A stretch of DNA of 64,000 nt from Octopus vulgaris. Its lineage: Eukaryota. Positions 1 to 13,107 of the stretch are shown piece after piece (position 1 is the first letter of the stretch; each line of letters opens with the position of its first letter). The translations under genes were made by a program, and so were the position numbers. Location of the stretch: assembly GCA_951406725.2 (NCBI GenBank), contig OX597841.1, positions 25,110,001-25,174,000 of the forward strand, in the 5' to 3' direction. The notes beneath the pieces were generated by a model. That model had not been told where the DNA came from. It worked only from the letters and a program-made list of their open reading frames with translations, and did not search any database.

Positions 1-129
1 CTTTCATCCTTCCGGGGTCGATAAATTAAGTACCAGTTACGCACTGGGGTCGATGTAATCGACTTAATCCCTTTGCCTGTCCTTGTTTGTCTCCTCTGTG
101 TTTAGCCCCTTGTGGGTAGTAAAGAAATA
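1..129 (+). mobile_element. 3' part of a tRNA-derived SINE (same family as 55623-55828)
   Basis: CTTTCATCCTTCCGGGGTCGATAAATTAAGTACC core and TTTAGCCCCTTGTGGG..AAAGAAATA tail match the complete copy at 55623-55828. Confidence 0.85.
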
Positions 130-348
130 TATATGTTGCACGATACACTGCTTATTCTATCAGCACCTATTGACTTTCAATACCAGTAATTAACGACTTT
201 CTAGACACGAACGTGTAATTACTGACTGCTCTTCCAACCGATATGCATGAATAGACCTATTAATCAGCGCCTATGCTAAGTGCATGAAATTACTACAATA
301 TTAATATTGCTTCATGTTGTGTTCCTTCACTTTCTTAATTGTTTCATT

Positions 349-2767
349 GTGAGGGCGCGTGGCTTAGTGGTTAGGGCATTCGGCTCATGATCGTAAGGTT
401 GTGAGTTCGATTCCCGGCGACGCGTTGTGTCCTTGAGCAAGACACTTTATTTCACGTTGCTCCAGTCAACTCAGCTGGCAAAAATGAGTTGTACTTGTAT
501 TTCAAAGGGTCAGCCTTGTCACTCTCTGTGTCACGCTGATTATCCCCGAGAACTACGTTAAGGGTACACGTGTCTGTGGAATGCTCAGCCATTTGCACGT
601 TAATTTCACAAGCAGGCTGTTCCGTTGAGTCGGATCAACCGGAACCCTCGTCGTCGTAACCGACTGAGTGCTTCCATCCGAGGCTCCAGCAGGGGATGGT
701 GGTGATCCCTGCTGTACTCTTTCGCCACAAACTTTCTCTCACTCTTACTTCCTGTTTCTGTTGTACCTGTATTTCAAAGGGCCGGCCTTGTCACTCTCTG
801 TGTCACGCTGATTATCCCCGAGAACTACGTTAAGGGTACACGTGTCTGTGGAGTGCTCAGCCATTTGCACGTTAATTTCACGAGCAGGCTGTTCCTTTGA
901 TCGTATCAGCTGGGACCCTCGTCGTCGTAACCGGCGGAGTCTTTAAAATGTGTTTGTGGTGAGGGCGCGTGGCTTAGTGGTTAGGGCATTCGGCTCATGA
1001 TCGTAAGGTTGTGAGTTCGATTCCCGGCGACGCGTTGTGTCCTTGAGCAAGACACTTTATTTCACGTTGCTCCAGTCCATTCAGCTGGCAAAAATGAGTT
1101 GTACTTGTATTTCAAAGGATCAGCCTTGTCACTCTCTGTGTCACGCTGATTATCCCCGAGAACTACGTTAAGGGTACACGTGTCTGTGGAATGCTCAGCC
1201 ATTTGCACGTTAATTTCACGAGCAGGCTGTTCCGTTGATCGGATCAACCGGAACCCTCGTCATCGTAACCGACTGAGTGCGTCCATCCGAGGCTTCGGCA
1301 GGGGATGGTGGTGATCCCTGCTGTACTCTTTCACCACAACTTTCTCTCAATCTTACTTCCTGTTTCTGTTGTACCTGTAATTCAAAGGGCCGGCCTTGTC
1401 ACACTCTGTGTCACGCTGATTATCCCCGAGAACTACGTTAAGGGTACACGTGTCTGTGGAGTGCTCAGCCATTTGCACGTTAATTTCACGAGCAGGCTGT
1501 TCCGTTGATCGGATCAACCGGAACCCTCGTCATCGTAACCGACTGAGTGCGTCCATCCGAGGCTCCAGCAGGGGATGGTGGTGATCCCTGCTGTACTCTT
1601 TCACCACAACTTTCTCTCAATCTTACTTCCTGTTTCTGTTGTACCTGTAATTCAAAGGGCCGGCCTTGTCACTCTCTGTGTCACGCTGATTATCCCCGAG
1701 AACTACGTTAAGGGTACACGTGTCTGTGGAGTGCTCAGCCATTTGCACGTTAATTTCACGAGCAGGCTGTTCCTTTGATCGTATCAGCTGGGACCCTCGT
1801 CGTCGTAACCGGCGGAGTCTTTAAAATGTGTTTGTGGTGAGGGCGCGTGGCTTAGTGGTTAGGGCATTCGGCTCATGATCGTAAGGTTGTGAGTTCGATT
1901 CCCGGCGACGCGTTGTGTCCTTGAGCAAGACACTTTATTTCACGTTGCTCCAGTCCACTCAGCTGGCAAAAATGAGTTGTACTTGTATTTCAAAGGGTCA
2001 GCCTTGTCACTCTCTGTGTCACGCTGATTATCCCCGAGAACTACGTTAAGGGTACACGTGTCTGTGGAGTGCTCAGCCATTTGCACGTTAATTTCACGAG
2101 CAGGCTGTTCCTTTGATCGGATCAGCTGGGACCCTCGTCGTCGTAACCGGCGGAGTCTTTAAAATGTGTTTGTGGTGAGGGCGCGTGGCTTAGTGGCTAG
2201 GGCATTCGGCTCATGATCGTAAGGTTGTGAGTTCGATTCCCGGCGACGCGTTGTGTCCTTGAGCAAGACACTTTATTTCACGTTGCTCCAGTCCACTCAG
2301 CTGGCAAAAATGAGTTGTACTTGTATTTCAAAGGGTCAGCCTTGTCACTCTCTGTGTCACGCTGATTATCCCCGAGAACTACGTTAAGGGTACACGTGTC
2401 TGTGGAATGCTCAGCCATTTGCACGTTAATTTCACGAGCAGGCTGTTCCGTTGATCGGATCAACCGGAACCCTCATCATCGTAACCGACTGAGTGCGTCC
2501 ATCCGAGGCTCCGGCAGGGGATGGTGGTGATCCCTGCTGTACTCTTTCACCACAACTTTCTCTCAATCTTACTTCCTGTTTCTGTTGTACCTGTATTTCA
2601 AAGGGCCGGCCTTGTCACTCTCTGTGTCACGCTGATTATCCCCGAGAACTACATTAACGGTACACGTGTCTGTGGAGTGCTCAGCCATTTGCACGTTAAT
2701 TTCACGAGCAGGCTGTTCCGTTGATCGTATCAGCTGGGACCCACGTCGTCGTAACCGGCGGAGTCTT
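349..2767 (+). mobile_element. Tandem mosaic array of 8 SINE units (A-B-A-B-B-A-A-B) inside a 14-bp TSD
   Basis: A heads (~349, 959, 1837, 2176) have A-box TGGCTTAGTGG, B-box GAGTTCGATTCC and a CORE-like GTGTCCTTGAGCAAGACACTT. B units (~680, 1289, 1559, 2505) are headless versions of the SINE at 12271-12663. All share a ~190-bp body. TTAATTGTTTCATT occurs at 335-348 and 2768-2781. Confidence 0.9.
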
Positions 2768-3442
2768 TTAATTGTTTCATTAAGTTGCTTAGTTTGACTA
2801 GACACACCCCCAAGGGAAAACATCACCGGAACAGGCAGGAATGTATGTGTATGTATACATGTATATATGTAAATGCATGTATATGTGTGCGCACACACAC
2901 ACACGCACACATGTGCGCAGACATATATATATACGCGTTGTGTTCAATAAGTAGCTGTACAGTTGCCATAGTAACGAAGATAAAGCACAGATTGACCTTG
3001 AGCTCTGCTGCGCATGCACACTGACTTTTAACGTTCTAGCTCACTTCTGCTGTTTACAGCAGTGTTTGGAAGGAAGATGTGTAGCGTGTGATCGTTGCAT
3101 TGACCATGACAAAGTTGTTTTAGCGACACCTGCTCACAGACCTACGCAAGGTTGCAGAAAGTGTTTGGAGAGGAGTGTATGATCCACACACAAGAGTTTT
3201 TATTATTATTTTTTTGCGATTTACTTAATCTTTGACATTTTATTGTTAATTTAACTTAATTTTTTCTATTATGTGTAATTTTCTAGATGGTGTAATTTAA
3301 TTGTTCATTTTGAATTGATAAAAGGTGGTTTTCTTCTAATTTTTTTAATATCTATATTATATTGTGTGGAATTTGATTTAGTATTTCTAAATTGAATTTT
3401 TTTCCTTGTAAGTTTAGATTTTATTCTCTCAAATAATAATAA

Positions 3443-3528
<86 letters not shown>

Positions 3529-3624
3529 CATAATACAAAATAAGAAAATGGAGGAATACACTTTAGTCAGTCATCAACTACCAGATAATACCCGTGAATT
3601 TTTCATGTAGCCAATTTTTTGTAT

Positions 3625-3825
3625 TAAACCAAACGAGAAAGCACAAAAAAACTCAACAACGTGAGGACGTGGAACAAATATAGTATTATTGGACGCTCAG
3701 GAAAGAAGGAAAGAAGGAGGGTTTAATGTTTCGAGCGGAGCTCTTCGTCGGAAACATAGGAGAAAGAAAGATCCGGAGAAGGGAAGACAGAGGAAAAAAA
3801 ATCGCCAACGGTACACACGAGGTCA
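3625..3825 (-). mobile_element. Penelope-like terminal repeat fragment with hammerhead-like motif
   Basis: Homologous to 45336-45495, which abuts a GIY-YIG ORF. Minus strand 3721-3756 reads GTTT-CCGACGAA-GAGC-TCC-GCTC-GAAA-CA-TT-AAAC. Confidence 0.65.
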
Positions 3826-3835
3826 TATATATATA

Positions 3836-4204
3836 CTAGCAGTATCGCCCGGCGTTGCTCAGGTTTGTAAGGGAAATAACTATAAAGCATTTTTAGAGAC
3901 TTATAGCCAAAAAATAGCAAAAAAATGGGAAAAAAATTATGATAAATATTTTTTTGAGATTTCAAAAAGGTGGAGTTGCGTCCCCTAGACAGTTTGTGGT
4001 TCGTGTTTCTGATTCTCGACCCCATGTCGAATTTATCGATTTTTTTCAGAACTGGGGGAACTTTTCAAAATTTTCGCTGCGTTAGTTTTGAATTATGACA
4101 TTGGGCTATGTGTGTGTCAAGTTTCATCAGAATCGGTTGAAAGCCGTGGTCAGGGTGAGGGTACAAGCAAACAGACACACAGAAACACGCACAGACAAAC
4201 TGCC

Positions 4205-4267
<63 letters not shown>
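3836..4267 (-). mobile_element. Non-autonomous Helitron
   Basis: Minus strand ends in a GC-rich hairpin (CCTGAGCAACGCCGGG) then CTAG|T; the 5' end is A|TCTATATA. The 3' ~60 bp are shared with 23568-23875. Confidence 0.75.
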
Positions 4268-4847
4268 TAGATAGATAGATAGATATAGATATAGATACAT
4301 ACATACATACATAATACATACATACATACATACATAAATACATACATACATACATACATACATAAATACATACATACATACATACATACATAATACATAC
4401 ATACATACATACATACATACATACATACATACATACATACATACATACATACATACATGTGTACGTATTTGGGATGTATGTATTAAGTTAAGTGAAAGAG
4501 GGTTGAACAGAAGTTATGATCCATCGAATGAAGAGAGAAACAGGCCATTTATCGACGCGTAACAAAGGCAATAATGCTTAAATAGACTTGGGCATGGTGG
4601 AGTATTTATGCTAAACATCTTTGATTAGAATAATAAAATAAGGGCACATATTTTATATTCAAAAGGAGGACCCAGAGGTCAGCTCCTCATTGGAAAGGAA
4701 TGTGTAACCATTCGCATTGATCAGTCATAAAGATTTCTAGTGTAGATCTGTACTCCCCACTCTCTCTCTCTCACCCTCTCTCCCTTTTCCTTCTCTATCT
4801 CTCCGCTCCAAATCTCTTTGTAAATATATATATAAATATATATATAT

Positions 4848-4889
<42 letters not shown>

Positions 4890-4936
4890 ATATATATATA
4901 CATGTGTGTGTGTGTGTGTATGTATGTGTGTGCTTG

Positions 4937-5032
<96 letters not shown>

Positions 5033-5082
5033 AATGAGAGAGTTGGTGTGTGAAAGCACGTAGTTGGATGTATAAAAAATAG

Positions 5083-5315
5083 AAAAGAGTGAAAAAAAGT
5101 ACAGAAGGCTTGTGTTATAAATTTCTTTAACTACATCATGACATGTCTTCGCTATGACACAATATAGGTAAAGAATTTGGGAAATTTGAACAGAAAAAAC
5201 GAAACCGGTTATTTCTCCAAAAACTGTTTCTATAGGCACAAATTTATAACATTTTTCTAACATAAAGACTTTAATCTTATAACACAAGCCTTCTGTAGTT
5301 TTTTCACTCTTTTTT
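5083..5315. repeat. Element with ~38-bp terminal inverted repeats (MITE-like); second copy ~49533-49765
   Basis: AAAAGAGTGAAAAAA..ACAGAAGGCTTGTGTTATAA pairs with TTATAACACAAGCCTTCTGTAGTTTTTTCACTCTTTT. Confidence 0.6.
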
Positions 5316-5858
5316 TCATTTTTTACATGATCCCTATTGATCGTTTTTTTTCTTTCCTTTTTACGATCCCTTTTGATCGAAAATCTACCCCGCATTTTAT
5401 TTTCTCCCCAAAAAGAAAAGCACTGCTTTGTAATTTGTCCCGTCTGTGTTCAGCCCTGTGTGGCAATAAAGAAACATATACATATACTTATATGTATTCA
5501 CACCCTTGTCAATGCAATTATCAGCTTTTTTCCGCTAGCTAATCTGCATCTCTCATACATGAGTGTGTATTCATCCAGTACATTTCAATAAATAGACATA
5601 CTTGAATGTGTACCGGCTGATGTCAATCGATTGTTTATCCTCTTCGTTTTTTCACTTCCTATCTTCTCTATTCCTGAGCGCTATACTAATACATTTGTTT
5701 GTGTGTACTCCTCCTGCCTTCGTCTTTTGTTTATTTTCGTAAACTTTCCCTAGATTTAATTATGCTATATATATATATATAGTTATATATATATATAGTT
5801 ATACATATAGTTATATATATATATATATAGTTATATATATTTTTATATATATATATAG

Positions 5859-5954
<96 letters not shown>

Positions 5955-6007
5955 GTTTAAATATTTGTTGTGCAAGATTTTTTATGTGAAGTCGTGTGTT
6001 GAAACAG

Positions 6008-6442
6008 ATATTGTTATATTTCGGAATGGTCATATTGCCAGTTTAGCCAATAAAAACACACGCACTATATATTTGGTGTTATTTTGCTTCAGTGATATTT
6101 ATTTTTTACATTAATCTTAATCTTATTTCGGCCAAAGTTCTTTCGTCACACTCCTGTGACCGCATCAGTGGTCCTTTGTTTTCTTCTCACTTATTTGTGT
6201 CTCTCCTTACTAACCGTCAGCCAAAATGGCTGACGGTTAGTAAGGAGAGACACAAATAAGTGAGAAGAAAACAAAGGACCACTGATGCGGTCACAGGAGT
6301 GTGACGAAAGAACTTTGGCCGAAATAAGATTAAGATTAATGTAAAAAATAAATATCACTGAAGCAAAATAACACCAAATATATAGTGCGTGTGTTTTTAT
6401 TGGCTAAACTGGCAATATGACCATTCCGAAATATAACAATAT
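6008..6442. repeat. Perfect 216-bp-arm palindrome with 3-nt loop
   Basis: 6008-6223 is the reverse complement of 6227-6442; loop AAA at 6224-6226. Confidence 0.95.
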
Positions 6443-6453
6443 ATATATATATA

Positions 6454-6823
6454 CTAGCATTAAAGAGCCATCGTTGCCGGGTCATAGTGCAGGTGCATGT
6501 ATATATGTGTTTATATATGTGTACATATTACATGTACTATATATATATACATCTACACATAAAATACAAAATACAAAGTTATATCTTGATATCGCTAGTG
6601 ATAACAATACTCAAAATATATAACAGACTGGAATTGTTAGCCCGTCTCTTGTAATTTCGATCAATTGTATCTTGTCCTCTCTCTTGTATAGAAGTTTGTC
6701 TCCTCTGTGTTTAGCCCCTTGTGGGTACGTCCCAGATCTAAATGTAAAAACGAAATATTTCCACTTTGCAAGTTCGAGTCAGACACAGACAGACACACAT
6801 TCTCAGTTTTATATATATAAAGA
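6454..6823 (-). mobile_element. Non-autonomous Helitron-like element (partial copy 14629-14929)
   Basis: Minus strand starts A|TCTTTATATATATAAAACTGAGAATG and ends with an imperfect hairpin plus CTAG|T. Confidence 0.65.
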
Positions 6824-6824
6824 T

Positions 6825-7773
6825 ATACAGAACCCCAGCGATGTTGCACACCTGCAGCAGGAGTTGGACTCAATCTACAGATGGGCTGAGGGTAATAATA
6901 TGCAGTTTAATGCTGAAAAATTCCAGGCCCTGCGCTACCAGCATCCAAAACTGAATATTAAACTTACAGGATACACCGGTCCTCAGGGAATTTCAATCCC
7001 AGAGCCTAAGTCTGTGAGGGACCTGGGTATCGACATGAGTGATGATGCCTCTTTCCAAGTGCACATTACCAGGATGGCGACAAATTGCAGACGACTGGCT
7101 GGGTGGATCCTAAGAACATTCAGAACCAGAGATAAGGAAACCATGATGGTCCTCTGGCGGACATTCGTCCTCAGTCGCCTGGATTACTGCTCACAGCTAT
7201 GGTTACCCACCAGTGTAAAATTAACAGCAGACTTTGAAGCAATCCAGAGAAGATTCACAAAGAAGATCGTCTCTTTGCAACAGCTCAGCTACTGGGAAAG
7301 GTTGAAACAGTTAAGACTCTACTCCCTGGAGAGAAGACGGGAGAGGTATGCAGTAATATATATCTGGAAGATCCTGGAAGGAATTGTGCCCAATTTTGGC
7401 ATTGTAATCTACACCAATGCTAGAACGGGACGACACTGTATAGTGCCAAAGATCCCAGCAATGCCATCACGCTTCAGGAGCAGCTTCTGCAACAGCCTGG
7501 GTTTCAAGGGCCCACAGCTTTTTAATATTCTCCCAAAGAGTCTGAGGAACTTGCACAAAGTAGATGTAGCGGTTTTTCAAAGCTGAACATCTTCCTGTCA
7601 AGAGTCCCAGATGAACCTACATCACGGCAAGAGGTGCAAATGAGAGTAGCTATATCAAACTCCATTTTTCATCAAGTGCCACATGTCAGACGAGGTTCTT
7701 CCTAATAACAGTGTAGCACAAAACGGCGGTACATCAGCATGGCCGCAGCTCTGAGCTGAAACTAGAAAAAAAA
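6825..7773 (+). mobile_element. 5'-truncated CR1/L2-group LINE (RT C-terminus plus 3' UTR)
   Basis: LQQELDSIYRWAEGNNMQFNAEKF, VRDLGI, SRLDYCSQLW, SYWERLKQLRLYSLERRRER; homologous to 43570-44270. Confidence 0.9.
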
Positions 7774-7842
7774 ATATATATATAACTATATATATATATA
7801 TATATATAACTATACACACACACATATATATATATAACTATA

Positions 7843-7896
<54 letters not shown>

Positions 7897-8025
7897 TATG
7901 TGTATATATATATATTTATATATAACTATACATATATATGTATATATATAAACATATATATCTGTACATATATATAACTATATATATATATATATATATA
8001 CATATATATATAAATCTGTTATATA

Positions 8026-8092
<67 letters not shown>

Positions 8093-8250
8093 TATGTATA
8101 TATAAATACATATATATGTATAGTTATATATATATATATGCACATATATATGTATATATATATATACATACATATATATGTATAGTTATATACATATACA
8201 GATATATACATATATACGCATATATATAATATATATACACATATATACGT

Positions 8251-8283
<33 letters not shown>

Positions 8284-8529
8284 GTTATATACATATACAG
8301 ATATATACATATATACACATATATATTATATATATATGTGTATATATATAATATATATGTGTATATATGTATACGTATATATATATGTATATGTATATAA
8401 CCATATATATATATATATATGTAAGTATGTATGTGTATATATACATATATATATATATATTCATATAAATATATATATACACACATGTATATATATACAT
8501 ATATGCACATATATTATATATATATATAT

Positions 8530-8676
8530 TTCTTTTTCTAGTTTCAGCTCAGAGCTGCAGCCATGCTGATGCACCGCCGTTTGTGCTACACAGTTATTAC
8601 GAAGAACCTTCTCTAATATGTGGCACTTGGTGAAGAATGGTGTTTGAATTAGCTACTCTCATTTGCACCGCTTGTT
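8530..8676 (-). mobile_element. Inverted 3' tail of the same LINE family (copy 16635-16781)
   Basis: Diverged reverse complement of 7626-7770. Confidence 0.85.
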
Positions 8677-8685
8677 ATTTATATA

Positions 8686-8793
<108 letters not shown>

Positions 8794-9463
8794 ATAAGTT
8801 CTGAGTTGAAATTCCCCTGAGGTTGACATTACCGTTCATCCTTTTGGGGGTAGATAAATTAAGTACCAGTTGTGTACTGACCTCAAACTAATCGACTGGC
8901 CCCTTCTCCCAAAATTTCGGTCCTTGTTCCTAGAGTAGAAATCAATATATTTTAAATGGAAATACTTTTCTTAGCCGTCTATTAGTTGTTGTATGCTTGA
9001 TGTTTAACAAGATTACAATTCCCGCAGCTAATGTTCACTGTAACTTCTATACACAATGATTATTTTAACTAAATAGAAAACGGAAAAAACTGAAGCGTAA
9101 TAATGACTTGGGCATCATATAAATTAAAGGAGGAAATACTTGAGCGTTCATGCAGTTTTCTCTCTTTCCCTCCATCTCTCTCTCCCCCTCTCTCTCTCTG
9201 TCTTTTCTCTTTCTCTCTCACACACTCCGTAAAGTTTGTGAAGGAGAGTCACATACAAATTGAGAATTATACCAGAGTAACGGGCTACCCTCATTGTTGT
9301 ACGTACATGCTAAATCACACTCGCAAAGCGTACACACATCGTTGCTAGAGTTTCATTGAAATAACATTAACCAACTCTGAAGAAAGAGAGCCATTCGAAA
9401 AGCACTACTTAATCTCATTAATTCAAATACAAAGACACACAGATTCAAAATTTAAGTACTTAC

Positions 9464-10407
9464 TTCAAACCATTAATGAAAAATTTTTCAGTAATATAAT
9501 CTCTACAATTGGAATTTTCGAATGCCAAATAAAATTTGTATTCCTTTTTTAATATCTCAAAGCATTTATTTTCATCCTTTCTCGTGCAACTTTTTGTACC
9601 ACATCTACCGTAAATATCCACCTGGATATATTTTCCGAGCTCCTTAGCATAGCCCATGCGATTGTTGCTTGGACCACAGTTCGATACGAACCAAGCAACC
9701 TTCTTTGTTTTTCCCGCTGCATAATTTTGAAATTGTTCTTTTTGTCTTACTGACTTGTTAAAATATCGAAATTTTCCGTAAGGATATACAATCGTACTGT
9801 CCTGCCGATAGGTAATCGTCCAGTTGATTTTGTTTCCCACGTGTTTCACTGATGGGTTGAAAACAGGACACTCTTGTGTCATAAAAATCCATATTTGGTT
9901 CGTGTGGGTTGGTTTCTGTGATAGTCCCACTTTCTCATAAAAGAAAATAGCATCTACACTATTTTGCATTGCTTTGTTGTTTGTGACTAAACATTCATTA
10001 ACTGGACATTTATATTCCAGGAAACTCGTTTGATTTTCCTTCAATGGTTGCAGATATCTTAAACTGTATATTAACAACGTTTTAAACTTTGGTCTACTTG
10101 GCTTTAACTTTACATTTCGATCAGAATCTGATTGATTTTGGTGCGTATTCCGTGTATAATTTTCCCATCTTTCCTCTCCTGGTGGGACATATTTCATTTG
10201 AGCTTCGATACGATCGTTTTCAGGCTGATTACCTGGAAACAATCGAGAGGAATTCCTTCTGTAGGAAACATACTGCTTAGTTGTTGAAGTCCAATTCCAA
10301 ATGTTTTGTACGTTCTTGAGATTATATTCAAATTGAGAAATATAAAAACAAATGCATACTACTATGAATATGACAAAGACTGAAAACATCTTGCGGTAGG
10401 TGTCCAT
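9464..10407 (-). CDS. GT10 alpha-1,3-fucosyltransferase (FucTA-like), large 5' coding exon, copy 1
   Basis: Type II TM anchor (FSVFVIFIVVCICFYI), NWTITYRQDS, KKVAWFVSNC, VDIYGRCG and the GT10 motif YKFYLAFENSNCRDYITEK. The apparent TAA stop lies inside a phase-2 donor AA|GTAAGT (9458-9463). Confidence 0.9.
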
Positions 10408-11012
10408 TCCTTATTTGGTGTGATGTGAACAGTTTCAAGTAGTTATTCATGTAGCAGTAAATATTTCTTGAATGAGGCAGTGAACTAGTTAGGTAAAAGG
10501 ATTGATCAGTAACAAAGATTTATAAAATCATAAAACAAACAATTATTGTCTACTTTATCAGGAAAAACTAGCCAATAGACTGTTGACAAATTGTTAGATC
10601 AAGAGACAAATATCAGCTAAAACACACCTTAACGCCTTCGACAATCAAATTCAATAGCACACAGACACACACACACACACACACACACACACCCACACAT
10701 GCAGGCACGCACATACACACTCATACACACACGCACGCACGCGTATCCCCCAAGCACATACACTAAATACATATATACATATATGATATGTAAATATGCG
10801 TATGAAGAGACTCATGCGAACACGTAAGTAAATAGTTGTTGATAAGATCCCATCAACTTGCAATACGTCTGAATATTTACTGTCAGGCTTATGGCGAGCA
10901 TATGAGTGGAGGCGTATGCGTTATCCTTTCCAATGGAACTCTCACCTATGAACAAGTCAACCCATGTTCGTATAGCACTATCAACCCTAGCTAAATCATA
11001 TATTTATATATA

Positions 11013-11145
<133 letters not shown>

Positions 11146-11280
11146 AGGGATGACCTCTACGTGGACATTGATATGCTAGAAGTAGATCCGCTATGGTCTT
11201 ACCACTAAGAAAGCATTGTTCTCAACAAAATCTTAGCAAACTCCAAAAGGTAAGCGAACAAGACAAACGAAAAGAATCAA

Positions 11281-12218
11281 AAGAATTGGGGCGTTAATCC
11301 TCTAAAACACAATAACATGCAATAAACATTAAGCATTTTAAAATAAACATAACTCTAAGGATTTTCAACTTCTTGTCACTATTCCTCCCCAACATCGCTT
11401 GTGCCCGTATACTCTGCCATCACCCTCATCTCATTCAAGACCAAGGCGGGATCCGAGCCGGCGTCGCCTGGCCACAAGCGACATTTCTCATTGAGTCCCT
11501 GCAGCCTATATACATCACGGGCAACGTTATGACCTCCACAACTATCTGCAGAGGCCATTCGGGATCCTGTGTCAAGGTTAAAGGTACTCCTTATGGTGCT
11601 TTTCCACCACCTCTTCTACCTCACCACCTCTGTAGAAGAAGACCAATAGTTCATCTTCCCATTGGTTCGAGGTAGTCAATTCTACCGTTGGTGACACAAT
11701 TCCCTCCAACTGTGTCTCTTCTGCTGGTAGCAGAACCCCTACCGGCAAGGTTCCACGACATTCCGGTGCTATGTCACCGACTGCCGGCAATGTCCCGTTT
11801 CTCTTCCTCTTCCTCTTTTTTTCTCAAATGAAGGAGGGTGCGTCTCCTCCGTGACTAGGATATTCGCCTCCCCTCCCTCATCCCAAGGATCCTTCGGTGA
11901 GCACCCATTGTTGCTCACCTTCCTCTTGCGGCCCTTCTTTGAGGAGTCCTCCGTCTCCTCGTCCGCCTTAGTTCCTTCTTCTACAGAGGTCTCAATCAAC
12001 TGCTCCAGTACCTTGCTTTGTTCCTGAGGAGTTTTTCTTTATATGGCCAGGCTCTAGGTACCTATGACACCTGGTGGGGGGTGGGAACGACCCTCAAGAA
12101 TCAAGGCCATTTTCAAAAAATCTGGCATAAACAGATTCATGACTGATTGGGTCCACAGGGTCAAAACAGCTTTTGACACAACCCAATCAGCCGTAGGAAG
12201 AATTTTTACATTGAGGAG
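11281..12218 (-). mobile_element. Fragment of ORF1-only L1/Tx1-like element (copy 19411-20348)
   Basis: Homologous to 53646-54580; degenerate zinc knuckle CHRxLEPGHIKKN followed by an acidic/basic tail. Confidence 0.7.
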
Positions 12219-12270
12219 TCATATCCTTCAATCTGGAAAAAAAGAGTTGGCAGGTCAGCTTATTAGATGT

Positions 12271-12663
12271 GGTGGAAGCACTCCGTCGGTTACGACGACG
12301 AGGGTTCCGGTTGATCCGAATCAACGGAACAGCCTGCTCGTGAAATTAACGTGTAAGTGGCTGAGCACTCCTCAGACACGTGTACCCTTAACGTAGTTCT
12401 CGGGGATATTCAGCGTGACACAGAGAGTGACAAGGCCGGCCCTTTGAAATACAGGTACAACAGAAACAGGAAGTAAGAGTGAGAGTGAGAGGAAGTTGTG
12501 GTGAAAGAGTACAGCAGGGATCACCACCATCCCCTGCCGGAGCCTCGTGGAGCTTTAGGTGTTTTCGCTCAATAAACACTCACAACGCCCGGTCTGGGAA
12601 TCGAAACTGCGATCCTATGACCGCGAGTCCGCTGCCCTAACCACCGGGCCATTGCGCCTCCAC
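12271..12663 (-). mobile_element. Full-length tRNA-derived SINE, type B (copy 20401-20787)
   Basis: Head GGAGGCGCAATGGCCCGGTGGTTAGG..GTTTCGATTCCC; body shared with the 349-2767 array; TSD TTATT(A/T)GATGT at 12260-12270 and 12664-12674. Confidence 0.9.
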
Positions 12664-12754
12664 TTATTTGATGTATAGTATTAACAAGCTAAAATGTAAC
12701 CTAGGACAGTTATAACTGGCTCTCCAAGATTCCGAGTTCGATTCCAGGTAGTGA

Positions 12755-12947
<193 letters not shown>

Positions 12948-12962
12948 TAATAACAATTAATA

Positions 12963-13009
<47 letters not shown>

Positions 13010-13065
13010 AACAGCATAGAAAAATACCTTAGAAATGAGAACCCAGGTTCGAAACTTCCCCAAGT

Positions 13066-13107
13066 CACCTGATGAAGGCTGGAGGGTATATCAGCCGAAA
13101 CGTTGTG
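13066..13107 (+). ncRNA. Minimal type I hammerhead ribozyme-like motif
   Basis: CAC-CTGATGA-A-GGCTG(loop)CAGCC-GAAA-CG-TT-GTG: canonical core, 5-bp stem II, palindromic ACGU stem III. Activity untested. Confidence 0.65.

Noticed and set aside
349-2767. CRISPR-like array or tRNA gene cluster
   Set aside because: Units are 265-340 bp with no unique spacers; heads have A/B boxes but run into SINE body without an acceptor stem.
4065-5395. YI/YV/CV/HT-rich, poly-I, poly-L and poly-R ORFs here and throughout the track
   Set aside because: They are translations of TA, CA, TACA, AAT and AAG microsatellites.
6672-6824. N-terminal 50 aa of the 304-aa ORF as a novel RT fusion
   Set aside because: Chance read-through from SINE and Helitron sequence into a truncated LINE.
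9460-9463. TAA stop ending the 315-aa FucT ORFs
   Set aside because: It overlaps the GTAAGT donor; the GT10 domain is incomplete and continues in a phase-matched exon.
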